NCBI GenBank assembly: GCA_965237675.1
Contig: OZ250150.1
Span: 1,536,001 to 1,600,000 of the forward strand
Direction: 5' to 3'
Origin: Candidatus Latescibacterota bacterium
GTDB lineage: Bacteria > Latescibacterota > UBA2968 > GCA-2709665
DNA length: 64,000 nt
Shown: piece after piece, positions 34,782 through 45,328 of the stretch
Layout: the number at the start of each line of letters is the position of its first letter
Numbering within the stretch: the first letter of the stretch is position 1
Notes under the pieces: model-generated
The model's input: only the letters and a program-made list of their open reading frames with translations
What the model was told of the DNA's origin: nothing
Databases searched by the model: none
Made by a program: the position numbers and the translations under genes

Positions 34782-35126
34782 CGCGCCGCTTAGTTCAGCT
34801 CCCCCTCTCCTCGCAGGAGAGGGGGCTGGGGGGAGAGGTCTCACAGTGTTAACGCGCCGCTTAGTTCAGCTCCCCCTCTCCTCGCAGGAGAGGGGGCTGG
34901 GGGGAGAGGTCTCACAGTGTTAACGCGCCGCTTAGTTCAACTCCCCCTCTCCTCGCAGGAGAGGGGGCTGGGGGGAGAGGTCTCATAGTGTTAACGCGCC
35001 GCTTAGTTCAACTCCCCCTCTCCTCGCAGGAGAGGGGGCTGGGGGGAGAGGTCTCACAGTGTTAACGCAACGCTTAGTTCAGCTCCCCCTCTCCTCGCAG
35101 GAGAGGGGGCTGGGGGGAAAGATCTC
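34772..35126 (+). repeat. 5 x 71-bp tandem palindromic repeat downstream of DUF559
   Basis: Units start at 34772, 34843, 34914, 34985 and 35056; each has CCCCCTCTCCTCGCAGGAGAGGGGG. Confidence 0.95.
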
Positions 35127-35263
35127 ACCGCCGTTCGCTTTTTCCTTGATTTTTCCGGCGGTTTCGACCTATATTATTGATTAACAAATGTATTTAAAGA
35201 AAATACCCCTCCCCCGTCGGCCCAATCCCTCCTCCCCCAAACGCCGGGAAGGATGCGCACCCT

Positions 35264-35821
35264 ATGATCGAAATGTACGTGGTTGGCGTGGCGGTCGAAC
35301 CCAATACCAACCGGCCCCTCGTGTGGCTGAAAGATAAAGAGCAGCAGATTTTCCTGCCCATCTCCGTCGGCAATTTCGAAGCCACGGCCATTTACATGGC
35401 GCTATATGACGAGGAGACGCCCCGGCCGCCCACCTGCGAACTCCTGCGGTCAATTCTTGATGGGATGGGCGTCAAGGTCAAGCGGGTGCTCATCAGCGCG
35501 CTGAAAGAAGACGTGTTTTTCGCCGAGGTTCGGCTGGACGCCAACGGGAAGACCATCGGCGTGGATTCCCGGCCCAGCGACGCCCTCGCCCTGGCGCTCC
35601 GCACGGGCGCGCCGGTCTACGTTGAGGACCGGGTCGTCCAGGAGGCCGGGCTGCCCATTAATTCCTCTCTGGATATCGAGGTCGAGCAGGTGGAGGGGGG
35701 GATTTCCGAACGCGTGACCGCCCTCAAGGCGGAATTGAAGGAGGCCGTGGCCCGGGAGCAATACGAAGAGGCGGCCAGCCTCCGCGATGAAATCCAGCGC
35801 CTCAAGCATCAGATGCGGTGA
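35264..35821 (+). CDS. Bifunctional nuclease family protein (DUF151) with UVR domain
   Basis: LPISVG.FEA.AI, RP.T..L, DSRPSDALALALR, L..AV..EQYEEAA.LRDEI. Confidence 0.9.
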   Translation: MIEMYVVGVAVEPNTNRPLVWLKDKEQQIFLPISVGNFEATAIYMALYDEETPRPPTCELLRSILDGMGVKVKRVLISALKEDVFFAEVRLDANGKTIGVDSRPSDALALALRTGAPVYVEDRVVQEAGLPINSSLDIEVEQVEGGISERVTALKAELKEAVAREQYEEAASLRDEIQRLKHQMR

Positions 35822-36002
35822 TCGGGGCGCCGTTGTTCGTTTCTCGCGCATTTGTCACGCCTTTTGGTTTTGATCCCGTTTAATCGTTTTCTAATCCTGT
35901 TAATCCTGGTCGGTTTTGGGCCTTTAATCCTGCTAATCCTGGTCGGTTTTGGGGCCGTTCGGCATTGTTGTTTTTGCGTGAAGAATAAAGTACAAAAAAC
36001 AC

Positions 36003-36031
36003 TTGACAGCCCGTTTAGTGTTGCGTATACT
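36003..36031 (+). promoter_or_regulatory. Near-consensus sigma70 promoter for the surface protein operon
   Basis: TTGACA-17bp-TATACT with an A-rich upstream element. Confidence 0.75.
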
Positions 36032-36462
36032 TAGGAACCTGTTTGACGCCATAAATGGCGGTCGAAGGGCGGAATTGGCCGAATTCACGGCTGTTTTCAT
36101 CGACTATCGGAACCGGGTTGTTGAAATCTCATCACACAAAAGTAACGCGTCAACTGTGCTATCTCTGGCATGTGGGAGACGGAGGGGGTGGCTTTCGTGC
36201 ATTTAAAAGGAGGTGTTACAGGACCGATTGCTTACACGGGTTCAACCTAAATCGATAGTCACACTTAAGTTGTTGCAGGCCAGGCATTTTGAATTTTCCG
36301 ACAGAAGGGAGGAACGCCATTACAGCTAAATATTACAACTCTTCGGACTACAGGCATCCCCCCCGCGAGGTGCCAGAGTTGTTAAAGAGGTTGCTTTACG
36401 GCGCAGCAAGGCAGGTTTACGGTAGGTTTTTCGAAGCGTCCTGTTTCATAAGGAGGTTGGTA

Positions 36463-39400
36463 ATGCAGTTAAAAACGGTTTCAAGTCTTGGTTTGGCATT
36501 TCTGCTGGTTGTTGGAGTGGTCGGCGTGGCCTCGGCTCAGGTTGAGGTGGCCGCCACGCAGGGTATTTTAATTCGCGTCGACGCACCGAAAGCCAACGAA
36601 TGGGTCGCGATCGGCGATACGATCAGAGTCCGGATCCTGTGCTACGAAGACCGGCTCGAAGGTGGTTTCCGGATTGCGGTGGTTGATTCCGGCGTTGCCG
36701 ACGCCGGCATCGGAAGCTCTGAAGATGTGGCAGGGAAGATTTATTACAATATTGCTTCAGACGACAACGATCAGGTGAGATCGGGAACCGGTTCCGGCGT
36801 TGACACCTTCGAGGTCAAGATCGGGATTGTCGCCAACACCGTTCCCGCGGAGAATTTTGAGAGCGCCAGCAACCACGCATTGAAGGTTGTGGTCTCTCCA
36901 ACCGCGGCCGTCGACGGACCTCTGAACAACCTGATGAGGAACCGGAAGATCACGCCCGCCACAGCCGGTTTCGGCGCCACCCGCGTGGGTGACGGGAAGC
37001 TCTTCGGCGTCGACGCCGAACGCCCGATTCACGGCGATGTATTTGAGAGTATCGACCTGGATCTGGGCAGGTTAAACACCGTACTGGTCGATACGTCGAG
37101 GGCCGCCGATCTCACCGACATCGGCCAAGAGCCCTACATCCGGGAGATCCGGATTGTCACCGACCAGGTATTCAGAGCGGTGCTGAATCTGAGTACCTCG
37201 CAAATTCTCAACGCCAGGGCAGACAGGATCGAAGTCGGTCTCGCGCCCGTCGACTCGATTGCGCGCTATGAGTTAGAGATAGCGGATGGTGGCCTTGGTT
37301 TGAGCTCGGAAGTGGCGAATGCCGCCGCTTTCAAGGACGATGCGCGGGTAAAAATCGCGCTGCGCGGGGACAGGCTGTACAGCCCGAATCCGAGCGTTGA
37401 TATGAAAATCGAAGCGGGACAGTTTGCGGATAACGAGCGGCTCGAACTTTTCGCCTATCTCGTGGACGTCGCCGGTAACGTGGGCGGTACGGCTGCTGCG
37501 CCCGCCGCTGCCGATTGGAGAACCCTCCACGGCACCGACGGTGAGCTCCTAGCCGAAGTGGGAACTCTTACAACCGCAGCCGGTCCGGACGACAACACAG
37601 ACATTCCGATTATCGGCGACGCGACCGCGCCCAAGATCACGATTAATTATCCCAATCCGGACAGTCTCGCGGCCGGAACGCACGATCCTCTGATCACGGC
37701 GGCAATCACGCAGATGATTACCAATTATACGCCGTTGCCGGGTGAGGCGTCGGGCATAAACACGCGCGATTTGAATCCGCTCGTGATCAAACTCAGCGAA
37801 GCGCCGAGTAAGATCACGATCAAACACGCCGACAGTACGCTTACACTGAACCCCTTCACTGGCGATGATCCCGCCACCGAAGAACCAGAAGATGACTTCC
37901 CCTTGGATCCCACCGGCGGCGATTTAGTGGCCACGGTGGACTTCCTCAACGATACCCCCGAAGGCAACGGATGGTACAAGGTAGATAGCGGAACCGGCGC
38001 CGTGGCGGGTATCGCGAAAGGGAAGTACGAAGCCAAGGGCGGAACGTCCGGGGACATCGTGATCACGGTCTGGGACAGCCTGAACAACAAGTCCGAGATG
38101 ACGCTCGAGGGCATCACGCTCGACGGAAATACCCCGGGGATCGACAATTTGTTCCCCACGGATAAGACCGCGCCCAAAGACGCGGACAACGAGGACGCGC
38201 CCACCATCGACCCGGTCACCAGGAACCCGGTCTTCATAATCAACGAAGAGCTGGACTCGCTGTCCATACGTTATCATGAGGCGGGCGGCGGAACGGCCAT
38301 TGTGCAGGCCTACGGTCCGGGCAACGCCAGGCTGGAGACGGTTGGCAGTCTGGTCGACTGGCCGGTGAACGATACCACCTTCATCGATCGCCAGAGGTAC
38401 GATCTGGAAGTGCTGGCGTTCGACCTCGCGGGCAACGCCTTCGCGAAGGAGGGCGGTACGCTCACGTTCAAAGACGTCTTTATGAATCCGGACGCCGATA
38501 TGTTCATGGTTGTGCCGGATGCAGCCCTGAAAGAGAAACAGGTTGCCGGCGTGGACTACGCCATCGCGTTGTCCGTGCTCGACACAACGCTGACACGTGC
38601 CGAAAAGGCACAAGATAGTGACGCCGCCGACGTTCGGGCGGTAACCTATCACACGCCGTCGGCACTGGCCGCGATCGTTTCCGGCGACCAGGCCGAAGCG
38701 CTTGAAGGCGCGAGCTTCAGCGGCACCGGCGTGTCTGCGGCGCCCTCGTTCGCGCTTCCTGCCGAGTTGGCCGCCGCGGGCATGGTGGCGAAGGCCGCCA
38801 TCCTGGACGGCGACGGTTGGCACGCGGGTACGCGGACCGTCAAGTTCAAGTCCGAGAAGCCGCTCACGGGCGTGCAACTGATGGCGGCCGAGGGCTCCCT
38901 CGATCCCGCCACCGGCGCCTACACGCTGCGTATCAGCGGAATGGCTGCCAAGCCGATCGACGTCCAGATCGCGGAATTCTCCAAGTTCGCCCTCACGTCC
39001 ATGGAGGGTGAGATGTCAACCAACAACGTGGCCGGCTCCTTTACGGTCAGCGTTGTGCCGACCGACGCGTTCGGAAACCCCAGTTTGAGGATTGACAACA
39101 ATACGGGTGCGAAGGATTACACATCGATTTCATTCACCTTCGCTTCCAGCAACGCCGCGGTGACGGTGCCCTCCGGTCAGCAGATGGTGACCAGCCTCGA
39201 AGGGTCCATGTACGGCGCGGTGGCTGCCGACGTTGGCGGCAGCGCGACGGTCAGCGTCAGGACGATTGTTGATACCTACGTAACCGGCGCTTTACAAGCT
39301 TTACAAGCAGATTCACCTGAGGATGTAGAAGATAAGACCGGCGCACTCGTGGGCAGCGTTGCAGTCAACATCGTGTCCGACGACGGTACCGGACCGGATC

Positions 39401-41394
39401 CGGGCGCGCCGGCTGCTCCTGCCAACATCGTGGTCCAGGACTACCTGGGCGCGGACGGTTCGGGCGACCAGGGCGGCATTGTAAAGATTACCTTCCCGAA
39501 CTCGTCGCAACATGACGCCGTGTCCCACTACCAGATCTCAAGGGAAATCGACTCGACCACCGGTCTGGATGACGAAGGCAACGTGGTTGAGCTCGAAGAG
39601 CCCGTGAAGGCGTGGGTGGCCTGGACGAGCGTCAGCTTCGCCGCCGATGCAGGCGACGAGATGGGCGACGCGGGCGGCGACATGCAGAACGTTATCGTCC
39701 CGGCGCTGGACAACGTGGCCACCAACTGGGGCGTTACGGCGGTTAGCGGCGCGGGCTCCTCCGACCAGACCACGGCCAGCAAGCGCGTGTTCACGAAGGA
39801 GAGCGTGGAGCAAGCCCTGCAACTGCTGGGTATGGCGCCCGAGGCGGTTCTGACGGACGACGAACTGATGGCTCAGTTCAACGCTCCCGAAGACTACGTC
39901 AAGTCCCTCATCGGCGATCAGAAGAACGTCATCTTCGCGCCGGTCAATCCCGACGTGAGCGCGCTGATGGGCAGCACCTCGGTACCGGCCAACATCCGTA
40001 CGGCCGGCCATATCTCCGCGGGCAGTTTCCTGTCGTCCGCTCGCACGGTTACCGAGGAGCCTGTCGCAGCCGTTGACAACATCGCTCCCGCCGCAGTCAC
40101 CGACGCTTCCGGCGACGGTGCGGGCGGTGTGGTGTTGAGTTGGACGGGGTCCGCCAGTGAGGGGACCGTGGGTTCCATTCCTTATCGCGGATACAACATC
40201 CCAATCCTGGGTGTCAGCGGCTACAAGGTGCTGAGAGGCACGTCTGCCGACGACCTCGAGGAGATTGCGAGCCTCGATCCGGGTTCGACGCAGTTCAGGG
40301 ACGACAATGTGCCTGATGGGGCCGGTTCCCTCGTGTATCGGATCGACGCGTATGACGACAACAACGTGGCGATGGGCGAATTGATCGCGGTCGAGAATAT
40401 CTCGGTCCGTGTGAGCTTCGTCGATGCCAACGGCGATCCGGTCTACCTCATTGCGCTGCCGTCGCAGGGCGGCAACCTGGAGGTTGACTTCGAAGACTTC
40501 GTCGCCTTTGCGCAGGCTTTCAACAGCCGGAAGGGCGATGCCAACTACAATCCGCAGGCCGACGTCAACGACGACGGCACGGTGGACTTCTCCGACTTCG
40601 TAACGGCGGCCAGGTCCTACGGTCTTACGGCAGTGGTTCCGGCAGGCAGCAAGCTGGCGATCGCTCCGCAGCGCCCGGGCGTGAACGCCGATACGGAGAT
40701 GACCCTCGAACTGACCAGCGAGACGGTGAAGGTTGGCGAGACGATCTCGGTGACGGTATCCATGGCCAATGCCAGGCAGTTGAACGGCTTCGGTCTGGAA
40801 CTGAAGTATGACGCCGAGAAGTTCGAATTCGTCAGCGCCGTTCCCGCTGAAGACGATCTGTTGAAATCCCAGGGTGGCGAGACGCCGCTGTTCAAGAACT
40901 GGCCGGAAGAGGGCCGGGTCTCGGTGGTCAACGCCATTATCGAGGCGGGTTCCGTGAGCGGCGAGGGTGCGCTTGTGACCTTCACGTTCAAGGTTCTGCG
41001 GGAGTTTGAGGACAACGCCCGGTTCGAGATCGCACAGGGCGTGGTCTTCGATCCCGATCAGCTACAGAACCCGGTGGTGTCGCTCGGTGCGCTGGACGTG
41101 CAGAGCACGCCCACCGAGTTCGCGCTGCACCAGAACTTCCCGAACCCGTTCAACCCTCAAACCAACATTCCGTATGACCTGGCTGAAAACGGCGACGTGG
41201 TTCTGCGGATCTACAACCTGCTGGGCCAGGAGGTGCGCACGCTGGTGCGTGAGCGCCAGCCCGCCGGTCGCTACACGGTGCAGTGGAGCGGAATGGACGA
41301 CCGTGGCGTCTCGGTTTCGAGTGGAATTTACTTCTATCAGGTCTCGGTTGCCGGTAAGTTCCAGGATGCCAAGCGGTTGATGTTGCTCAAGTAG
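36463..41394 (+). CDS. Large secreted surface protein paralog 2 (1643 aa; Ig-like, dockerin-like, cohesin, FlgD-Ig C-terminus)
   Basis: AGGAGG SD, signal peptide ending ASA-Q, D.AGN repeats, dockerin-like EF hands, cohesin, QNFPNPFNP..GIYFY tail. Confidence 0.9.
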   Translation: MQLKTVSSLGLAFLLVVGVVGVASAQVEVAATQGILIRVDAPKANEWVAIGDTIRVRILCYEDRLEGGFRIAVVDSGVADAGIGSSEDVAGKIYYNIASDDNDQVRSGTGSGVDTFEVKIGIVANTVPAENFESASNHALKVVVSPTAAVDGPLNNLMRNRKITPATAGFGATRVGDGKLFGVDAERPIHGDVFESIDLDLGRLNTVLVDTSRAADLTDIGQEPYIREIRIVTDQVFRAVLNLSTSQILNARADRIEVGLAPVDSIARYELEIADGGLGLSSEVANAAAFKDDARVKIALRGDRLYSPNPSVDMKIEAGQFADNERLELFAYLVDVAGNVGGTAAAPAAADWRTLHGTDGELLAEVGTLTTAAGPDDNTDIPIIGDATAPKITINYPNPDSLAAGTHDPLITAAITQMITNYTPLPGEASGINTRDLNPLVIKLSEAPSKITIKHADSTLTLNPFTGDDPATEEPEDDFPLDPTGGDLVATVDFLNDTPEGNGWYKVDSGTGAVAGIAKGKYEAKGGTSGDIVITVWDSLNNKSEMTLEGITLDGNTPGIDNLFPTDKTAPKDADNEDAPTIDPVTRNPVFIINEELDSLSIRYHEAGGGTAIVQAYGPGNARLETVGSLVDWPVNDTTFIDRQRYDLEVLAFDLAGNAFAKEGGTLTFKDVFMNPDADMFMVVPDAALKEKQVAGVDYAIALSVLDTTLTRAEKAQDSDAADVRAVTYHTPSALAAIVSGDQAEALEGASFSGTGVSAAPSFALPAELAAAGMVAKAAILDGDGWHAGTRTVKFKSEKPLTGVQLMAAEGSLDPATGAYTLRISGMAAKPIDVQIAEFSKFALTSMEGEMSTNNVAGSFTVSVVPTDAFGNPSLRIDNNTGAKDYTSISFTFASSNAAVTVPSGQQMVTSLEGSMYGAVAADVGGSATVSVRTIVDTYVTGALQALQADSPEDVEDKTGALVGSVAVNIVSDDGTGPDPGAPAAPANIVVQDYLGADGSGDQGGIVKITFPNSSQHDAVSHYQISREIDSTTGLDDEGNVVELEEPVKAWVAWTSVSFAADAGDEMGDAGGDMQNVIVPALDNVATNWGVTAVSGAGSSDQTTASKRVFTKESVEQALQLLGMAPEAVLTDDELMAQFNAPEDYVKSLIGDQKNVIFAPVNPDVSALMGSTSVPANIRTAGHISAGSFLSSARTVTEEPVAAVDNIAPAAVTDASGDGAGGVVLSWTGSASEGTVGSIPYRGYNIPILGVSGYKVLRGTSADDLEEIASLDPGSTQFRDDNVPDGAGSLVYRIDAYDDNNVAMGELIAVENISVRVSFVDANGDPVYLIALPSQGGNLEVDFEDFVAFAQAFNSRKGDANYNPQADVNDDGTVDFSDFVTAARSYGLTAVVPAGSKLAIAPQRPGVNADTEMTLELTSETVKVGETISVTVSMANARQLNGFGLELKYDAEKFEFVSAVPAEDDLLKSQGGETPLFKNWPEEGRVSVVNAIIEAGSVSGEGALVTFTFKVLREFEDNARFEIAQGVVFDPDQLQNPVVSLGALDVQSTPTEFALHQNFPNPFNPQTNIPYDLAENGDVVLRIYNLLGQEVRTLVRERQPAGRYTVQWSGMDDRGVSVSSGIYFYQVSVAGKFQDAKRLMLLK

Positions 41395-41403
41395 TCAGGA
41401 AGC

Positions 41404-41440
41404 GTATGGGAGGTTCCCCCGGGAGCCTCCCATACTTAAC
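41404..41440 (+). terminator. Intergenic hairpin (terminator or mRNA stabiliser)
   Basis: GTATGGGAGGTTCCC/GGGAGCCTCCCATAC. Confidence 0.6.
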
Positions 41441-41505
41441 GTTTTCCTTCTGGAGCGAGCATTAAATCCTGGAGCGAAACACACACACCGAGAAGGAGAA
41501 GCGCG

Positions 41506-42999
41506 ATGTATGGAATAAAACCGATTTTGAGCTTCGTTGCGTCGGCCGCGTTTCTTGTGGCTGTTACCGTCGGAGGCGTCGATGCTGGTGCGCTGGCCGG
41601 TAAGAAGCTGCTGGTCGACACCGCATATAGTATGATGGACGCCGGCGACAGGGTGAACGAGGGTGTGAACACCCTTGCACCCGTGGCGGCCGGCGACACC
41701 GTTAAAGTCGAGTTGTTTATGGAAGATGGCGGCGGTGTACAAATCATAGGAGGCGAAGTCAAATTTGCCGATCGCAATATGGAGATGATGTTCGAGGAAG
41801 GTTGGGAGGTAGTCGGAGTTAGTTCTATCGTCCCGGCCGCTCCCGGTATTTCCCCCCAAATCTCCAAGGCAGGCTTTGCTTTGTTGTCTTTAGCGCCGAC
41901 CGAGGCCCCGGCTAACGGTTATCTGGGCACGGTGAAGATCGTTGCCCTCGCTGATATCGGCGACGGGTCGTCCTTTTACGTCAAATCCGCCGCTATCAGC
42001 AGTGGTGCGTCGTTACAGGCCATCGAATCGGATAGTCTGGACGTGTCCGAGGCCATCGTGACCTTTGCGACCCCGACGGGGCCTGGCCTGATGGGCATGG
42101 GCGACATGCTGATCGAAGGGAATATGCTTCAGATTCCCACCGACGGCAGCGGCGCCTCAGTGACCGTCGAGCTGGAAAATGTCGAATCCGAAGAGCCGGT
42201 TGTTAGTTGGACGGTGACCAGCGAGGGCAGCGGCACGCTGGCCATCCTCGATGCGGATGACATGATGCTCGATCTCGACGACCAAATGATGGTGTCGGGG
42301 CCGACCAAAATTATACTGAAGGTGACCGGTGGCGATCTCCAGGTGACGGTTAAGGCCAACGTGGACGGGGAAGATACGGCGCCCGTGACCTTTACGTTCA
42401 CCCAGCTGAACCCCGCCGAACTGGCTTCCTTCGACGGCGCCATTCAGGACAACAGAGTGGTTCTGAATTGGTCCACGATGTCGCAGACGAACAACGCCGG
42501 CTGGCGGATCACGCGTAGCGTCGACGGCGTGAACTTCGAACCGGTAGGAAACTTCGTTCAGGGCGAGGGAACCTCCGACGCGCTGTTGAATTACACCTTT
42601 GAAGACAAGAACCTGCCGGGTGTGGAGAAAGTTTACTACAGGCTCGAGCAGGTGGACCTGGACGGTTCGGTCTCCCGTTCGAACGTGATCGAGGTGCTTC
42701 TGGGCGCCCGGATGCCGTTGCCGACCGAGTTCGCGGTCAACGTGTATCCCAACCCCTTCAACCCCAGCACCACGATTTCTTACGACATTCCCGAAGGCTC
42801 GCCGGTGTCGGTTGTGATTTACGACGTGCTCGGCCAGCAGATCCGGCACCTGGTGTCGCAGCACAACGCCCCGGGCCGGTATCAGATTCAGTGGGATGCC
42901 AGGGACAACCAGGGCCGCAGTGTTGCAAGTGGCGTCTACATCGCCAGGGTCAACGCCGGAACGTCCTCTTTGTCTCAGAAAATGCTGCTGCTGAAATAA
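41506..42999 (+). CDS. Secreted protein with cohesin-like N-terminus and FlgD-Ig/T9SS-like C-terminus
   Basis: Signal peptide, PAELASF..V.L.W.T, YYRLEQVDLDG, YPNPFNPST..ASGVY. Confidence 0.85.
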   Translation: MYGIKPILSFVASAAFLVAVTVGGVDAGALAGKKLLVDTAYSMMDAGDRVNEGVNTLAPVAAGDTVKVELFMEDGGGVQIIGGEVKFADRNMEMMFEEGWEVVGVSSIVPAAPGISPQISKAGFALLSLAPTEAPANGYLGTVKIVALADIGDGSSFYVKSAAISSGASLQAIESDSLDVSEAIVTFATPTGPGLMGMGDMLIEGNMLQIPTDGSGASVTVELENVESEEPVVSWTVTSEGSGTLAILDADDMMLDLDDQMMVSGPTKIILKVTGGDLQVTVKANVDGEDTAPVTFTFTQLNPAELASFDGAIQDNRVVLNWSTMSQTNNAGWRITRSVDGVNFEPVGNFVQGEGTSDALLNYTFEDKNLPGVEKVYYRLEQVDLDGSVSRSNVIEVLLGARMPLPTEFAVNVYPNPFNPSTTISYDIPEGSPVSVVIYDVLGQQIRHLVSQHNAPGRYQIQWDARDNQGRSVASGVYIARVNAGTSSLSQKMLLLK

Positions 43000-43023
43000 T
43001 CGCAGTCGCGCATATGTGAATCG

Positions 43024-43055
43024 AAAGCCGCCGGACATCCGTCCGGCGGCTTTTT
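43024..43055 (+). terminator. Intrinsic terminator
   Basis: AAAGCCGCCGGAC-ATCC-GTCCGGCGGC-TTTTT. Confidence 0.88.
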
Positions 43056-43309
43056 GTACGTAGCCATCAACGGTCAGCCATCAGCATTCAGAAAAATAGC
43101 TAAGCCGTTATATTCGCGAATCAATCATATCCACCCCCGCACAATGGCTTGTGGAGCCGCTGAGGCAGCGTGTGTGAAGGTGGGGCAGACATTCCTGTCC
43201 TTCCCTTCGTGTTTACGCAACACTTCGTTCGACTCCCCCTCTCCTCGCAGGAGAGGGGGCCGGGGGGAGAGGTCCTTCTGCCGGAATGCAGACAGAAGAA
43301 AGGCTTGCG

Positions 43310-43530
43310 CCGCCTTTATAGATCCAATACTCGGGGTCGCGCAGTCCGGCTCTTGCGGTATTTTCCACGATGTAACGGACGAGGCGCCAAACCTGCTTTT
43401 CGCTGCGCACCATGTGATCATATCGGATACGTCGAGCCGGAAAGTCCCGGTGACCCCCGTGAGTTGGTTGATTTCGTGGGCAGATGCGCCCTTAATGCCC
43501 TGCAGAATCCGCGAAAGGTCCTGGCCTCCC
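43310..43530 (-). pseudogene. REP-associated tyrosine transposase (RAYT) C-terminal relic, frameshifted
   Basis: LSRILQGIKGASAHEIN..GTF and DHMVRSE....RYIVEN..AGL lie in different frames. Confidence 0.75.
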
Positions 43531-44029
43531 ACCGGTTCCTCGCGGCCACCTGTCGACCGCCCGGTTGTGGAGTAGGGGGTGTCTATCGCCCTCTAACGTG
43601 TTTAACCGTACCTGCGCCCGGTGGCGAAGTTTGGGGGTTTGCGGCCCCACCGGTTCTCCCGTCGACCGCCCGGTTGTGGAGTGGGGGGTTTTTCCGTGCT
43701 GATCCGTCCAGCAGTGTCGTCTGGTTGATACTCGGGGGGTCTCAGGGCAATGTCTCACGATTTCTCTACGAAGGAGATTCGCGGAAAAACCGGCCCCGTG
43801 CCGAACGGCGCCGTTCTTTTTGGTCCTTTTTCTTGGGCGTACAAGAAAAAGGACGGAGAGAGGAAAAAAGCACGAAGTATAAGGAAGCGTGTGTGAAGGT
43901 GGGGCAGACATTCCTGTCTGCCCATCTCGTGTTTACGCAACACTTCGTTCGACTCCCCCTCTCCTCGCAGGAGAGGGGGCCGGGGGGAGCGGTCCTTCTG
44001 CCGGAATGCAGACAGAAGAAAGGCTTGCG

Positions 44030-44250
44030 CCGCCTTTATAGAGCCAATACTCGGGGTCGCGCAGTCCGGTTTTTGGGGGGTTTTCCGGGATGTAGCGGAC
44101 GAAGCGCCAAACCTGCTTTTCGCTGCGTACCATGTGATCATAGGATTCGTCGAGCCGGAAAGTCCCGGTGACGCCCGTGAGTTGGTTGATTTCGCGGGCA
44201 GATACGTCTTTAATGCCCTGCAGAATCCGCGAAAGGTCATGCCCTCCCAG
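44030..44250 (-). pseudogene. RAYT C-terminal relic
   Basis: LSRILQGIK..SAREIN..GTFRLDESYDHMVRSE....RYIPENP; no N-terminal HUH half. Confidence 0.78.
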
Positions 44251-45328
44251 CGGTTCCTCGCGGCCACCTGTCGACCGCCCGGTAGGGGAGTAGGGGGTGT
44301 CTATCGCCATCTAACGTGTTTAACCGTACCTGCGCCCGGTGGCGAAGTTTGGGGGTTTGCGGCGTCACCGGTTCTCCCGTCGACCGCCCGGTTGTGGAGT
44401 AGGGGGTTTTTCCGTGCTGATCCGTCCAGCAGTGTCGTCTGGTTGATACTCGGGGGGTCTCAGGGCAATGTCTCACGATTTCTCTGCTGAGGAGATTCGC
44501 GGAAAAACCGGCCCCGTTCCGAACGGCGCCGTTCTTTTTGGTCCTTTTTCTTGGGCGTACAAGAAAAAGGACGGAGAGAAAAGGGACGTCCGGGGGTAGG
44601 GAAGATTCCACCACCCGCAAATTCCGTTCCGGTGGCGGCGTGGGGGTTTCTATCGCCCTCTAACGGGTTTAACCGTACCGGCGCCCGGTGGCGAAGTTTG
44701 GGGGTTTGCGGCTTCACCGGTTCTCCCGTCGACCGCCCGGTTGTGGAGCGGTGGGTTTTTCCGTGCTGATCCGTCCAGCAGTGTCGTCTGGTTGATACTC
44801 GGGGGGTCTCAGGGCAATGTCTCACGATTTCTCTACTAATGAGATTCGCGGAAAAACCGGCTCCGCGCCGAGCGGCGCCGTTCTTTTTGGTCCTTTTTCT
44901 TGGGCGTACAAGAAAAAGGACGGAGAGAGGAAAAAAGCACGACGTGTGTAGAAATACCAGTGCCTGCCCGGAACGCAGTTCCAGCAACGGTAGTCCGGCA
45001 ATACAGGACGTAACAAGTTGCATTCCGTAAAACTCAAAAAGGACCACGCAACGCGGACTCTCGCATGGATGCGCGTTTCCGCTCCCACGCGTGCCGAACG
45101 GCGCCGTTCTTTTTGGTCCTTTTTCTTGGGCGTACAAGAAAAAGGACGGAGAGAAAAGGGAAGTCCGGGGGTAGGGAAGATTCCACCAACCCCAAATTCT
45201 GTATCCAACCGACCGGAAAAATCACTTCCCCTACGGAACGGAACCCCATCCGATTCGTTAAAAGATTAATCGGCCACGGTTCCGGAATAAGTGGACAGAT
45301 ACGAGACAGGGCAAGGAGGAGACAAGAG

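Larger units (their letters stand above)
43060..45250. repeat. Repeat mosaic in inverted orientation, with a 720-bp duplication
   Basis: 43211 and 43931 match at offset 720; inverted A cores at 43690-43788, 44408-44506 and 44757-44855. Confidence 0.88.

Noticed and set aside
34772-35126. CRISPR array next to a nuclease
   Set aside because: The inter-palindrome sequences are essentially identical, so this is a plain tandem repeat.
36289-36462. N-terminal 58 aa of the 1701-aa ORF
   Set aside because: The SD, signal peptide and paralog alignment place the start at 36463.
30685-41391. Diversity-generating retroelement TR/VR pair
   Set aside because: Both copies are coding, differences are not adenine-specific, and there is no reverse transcriptase in the window.
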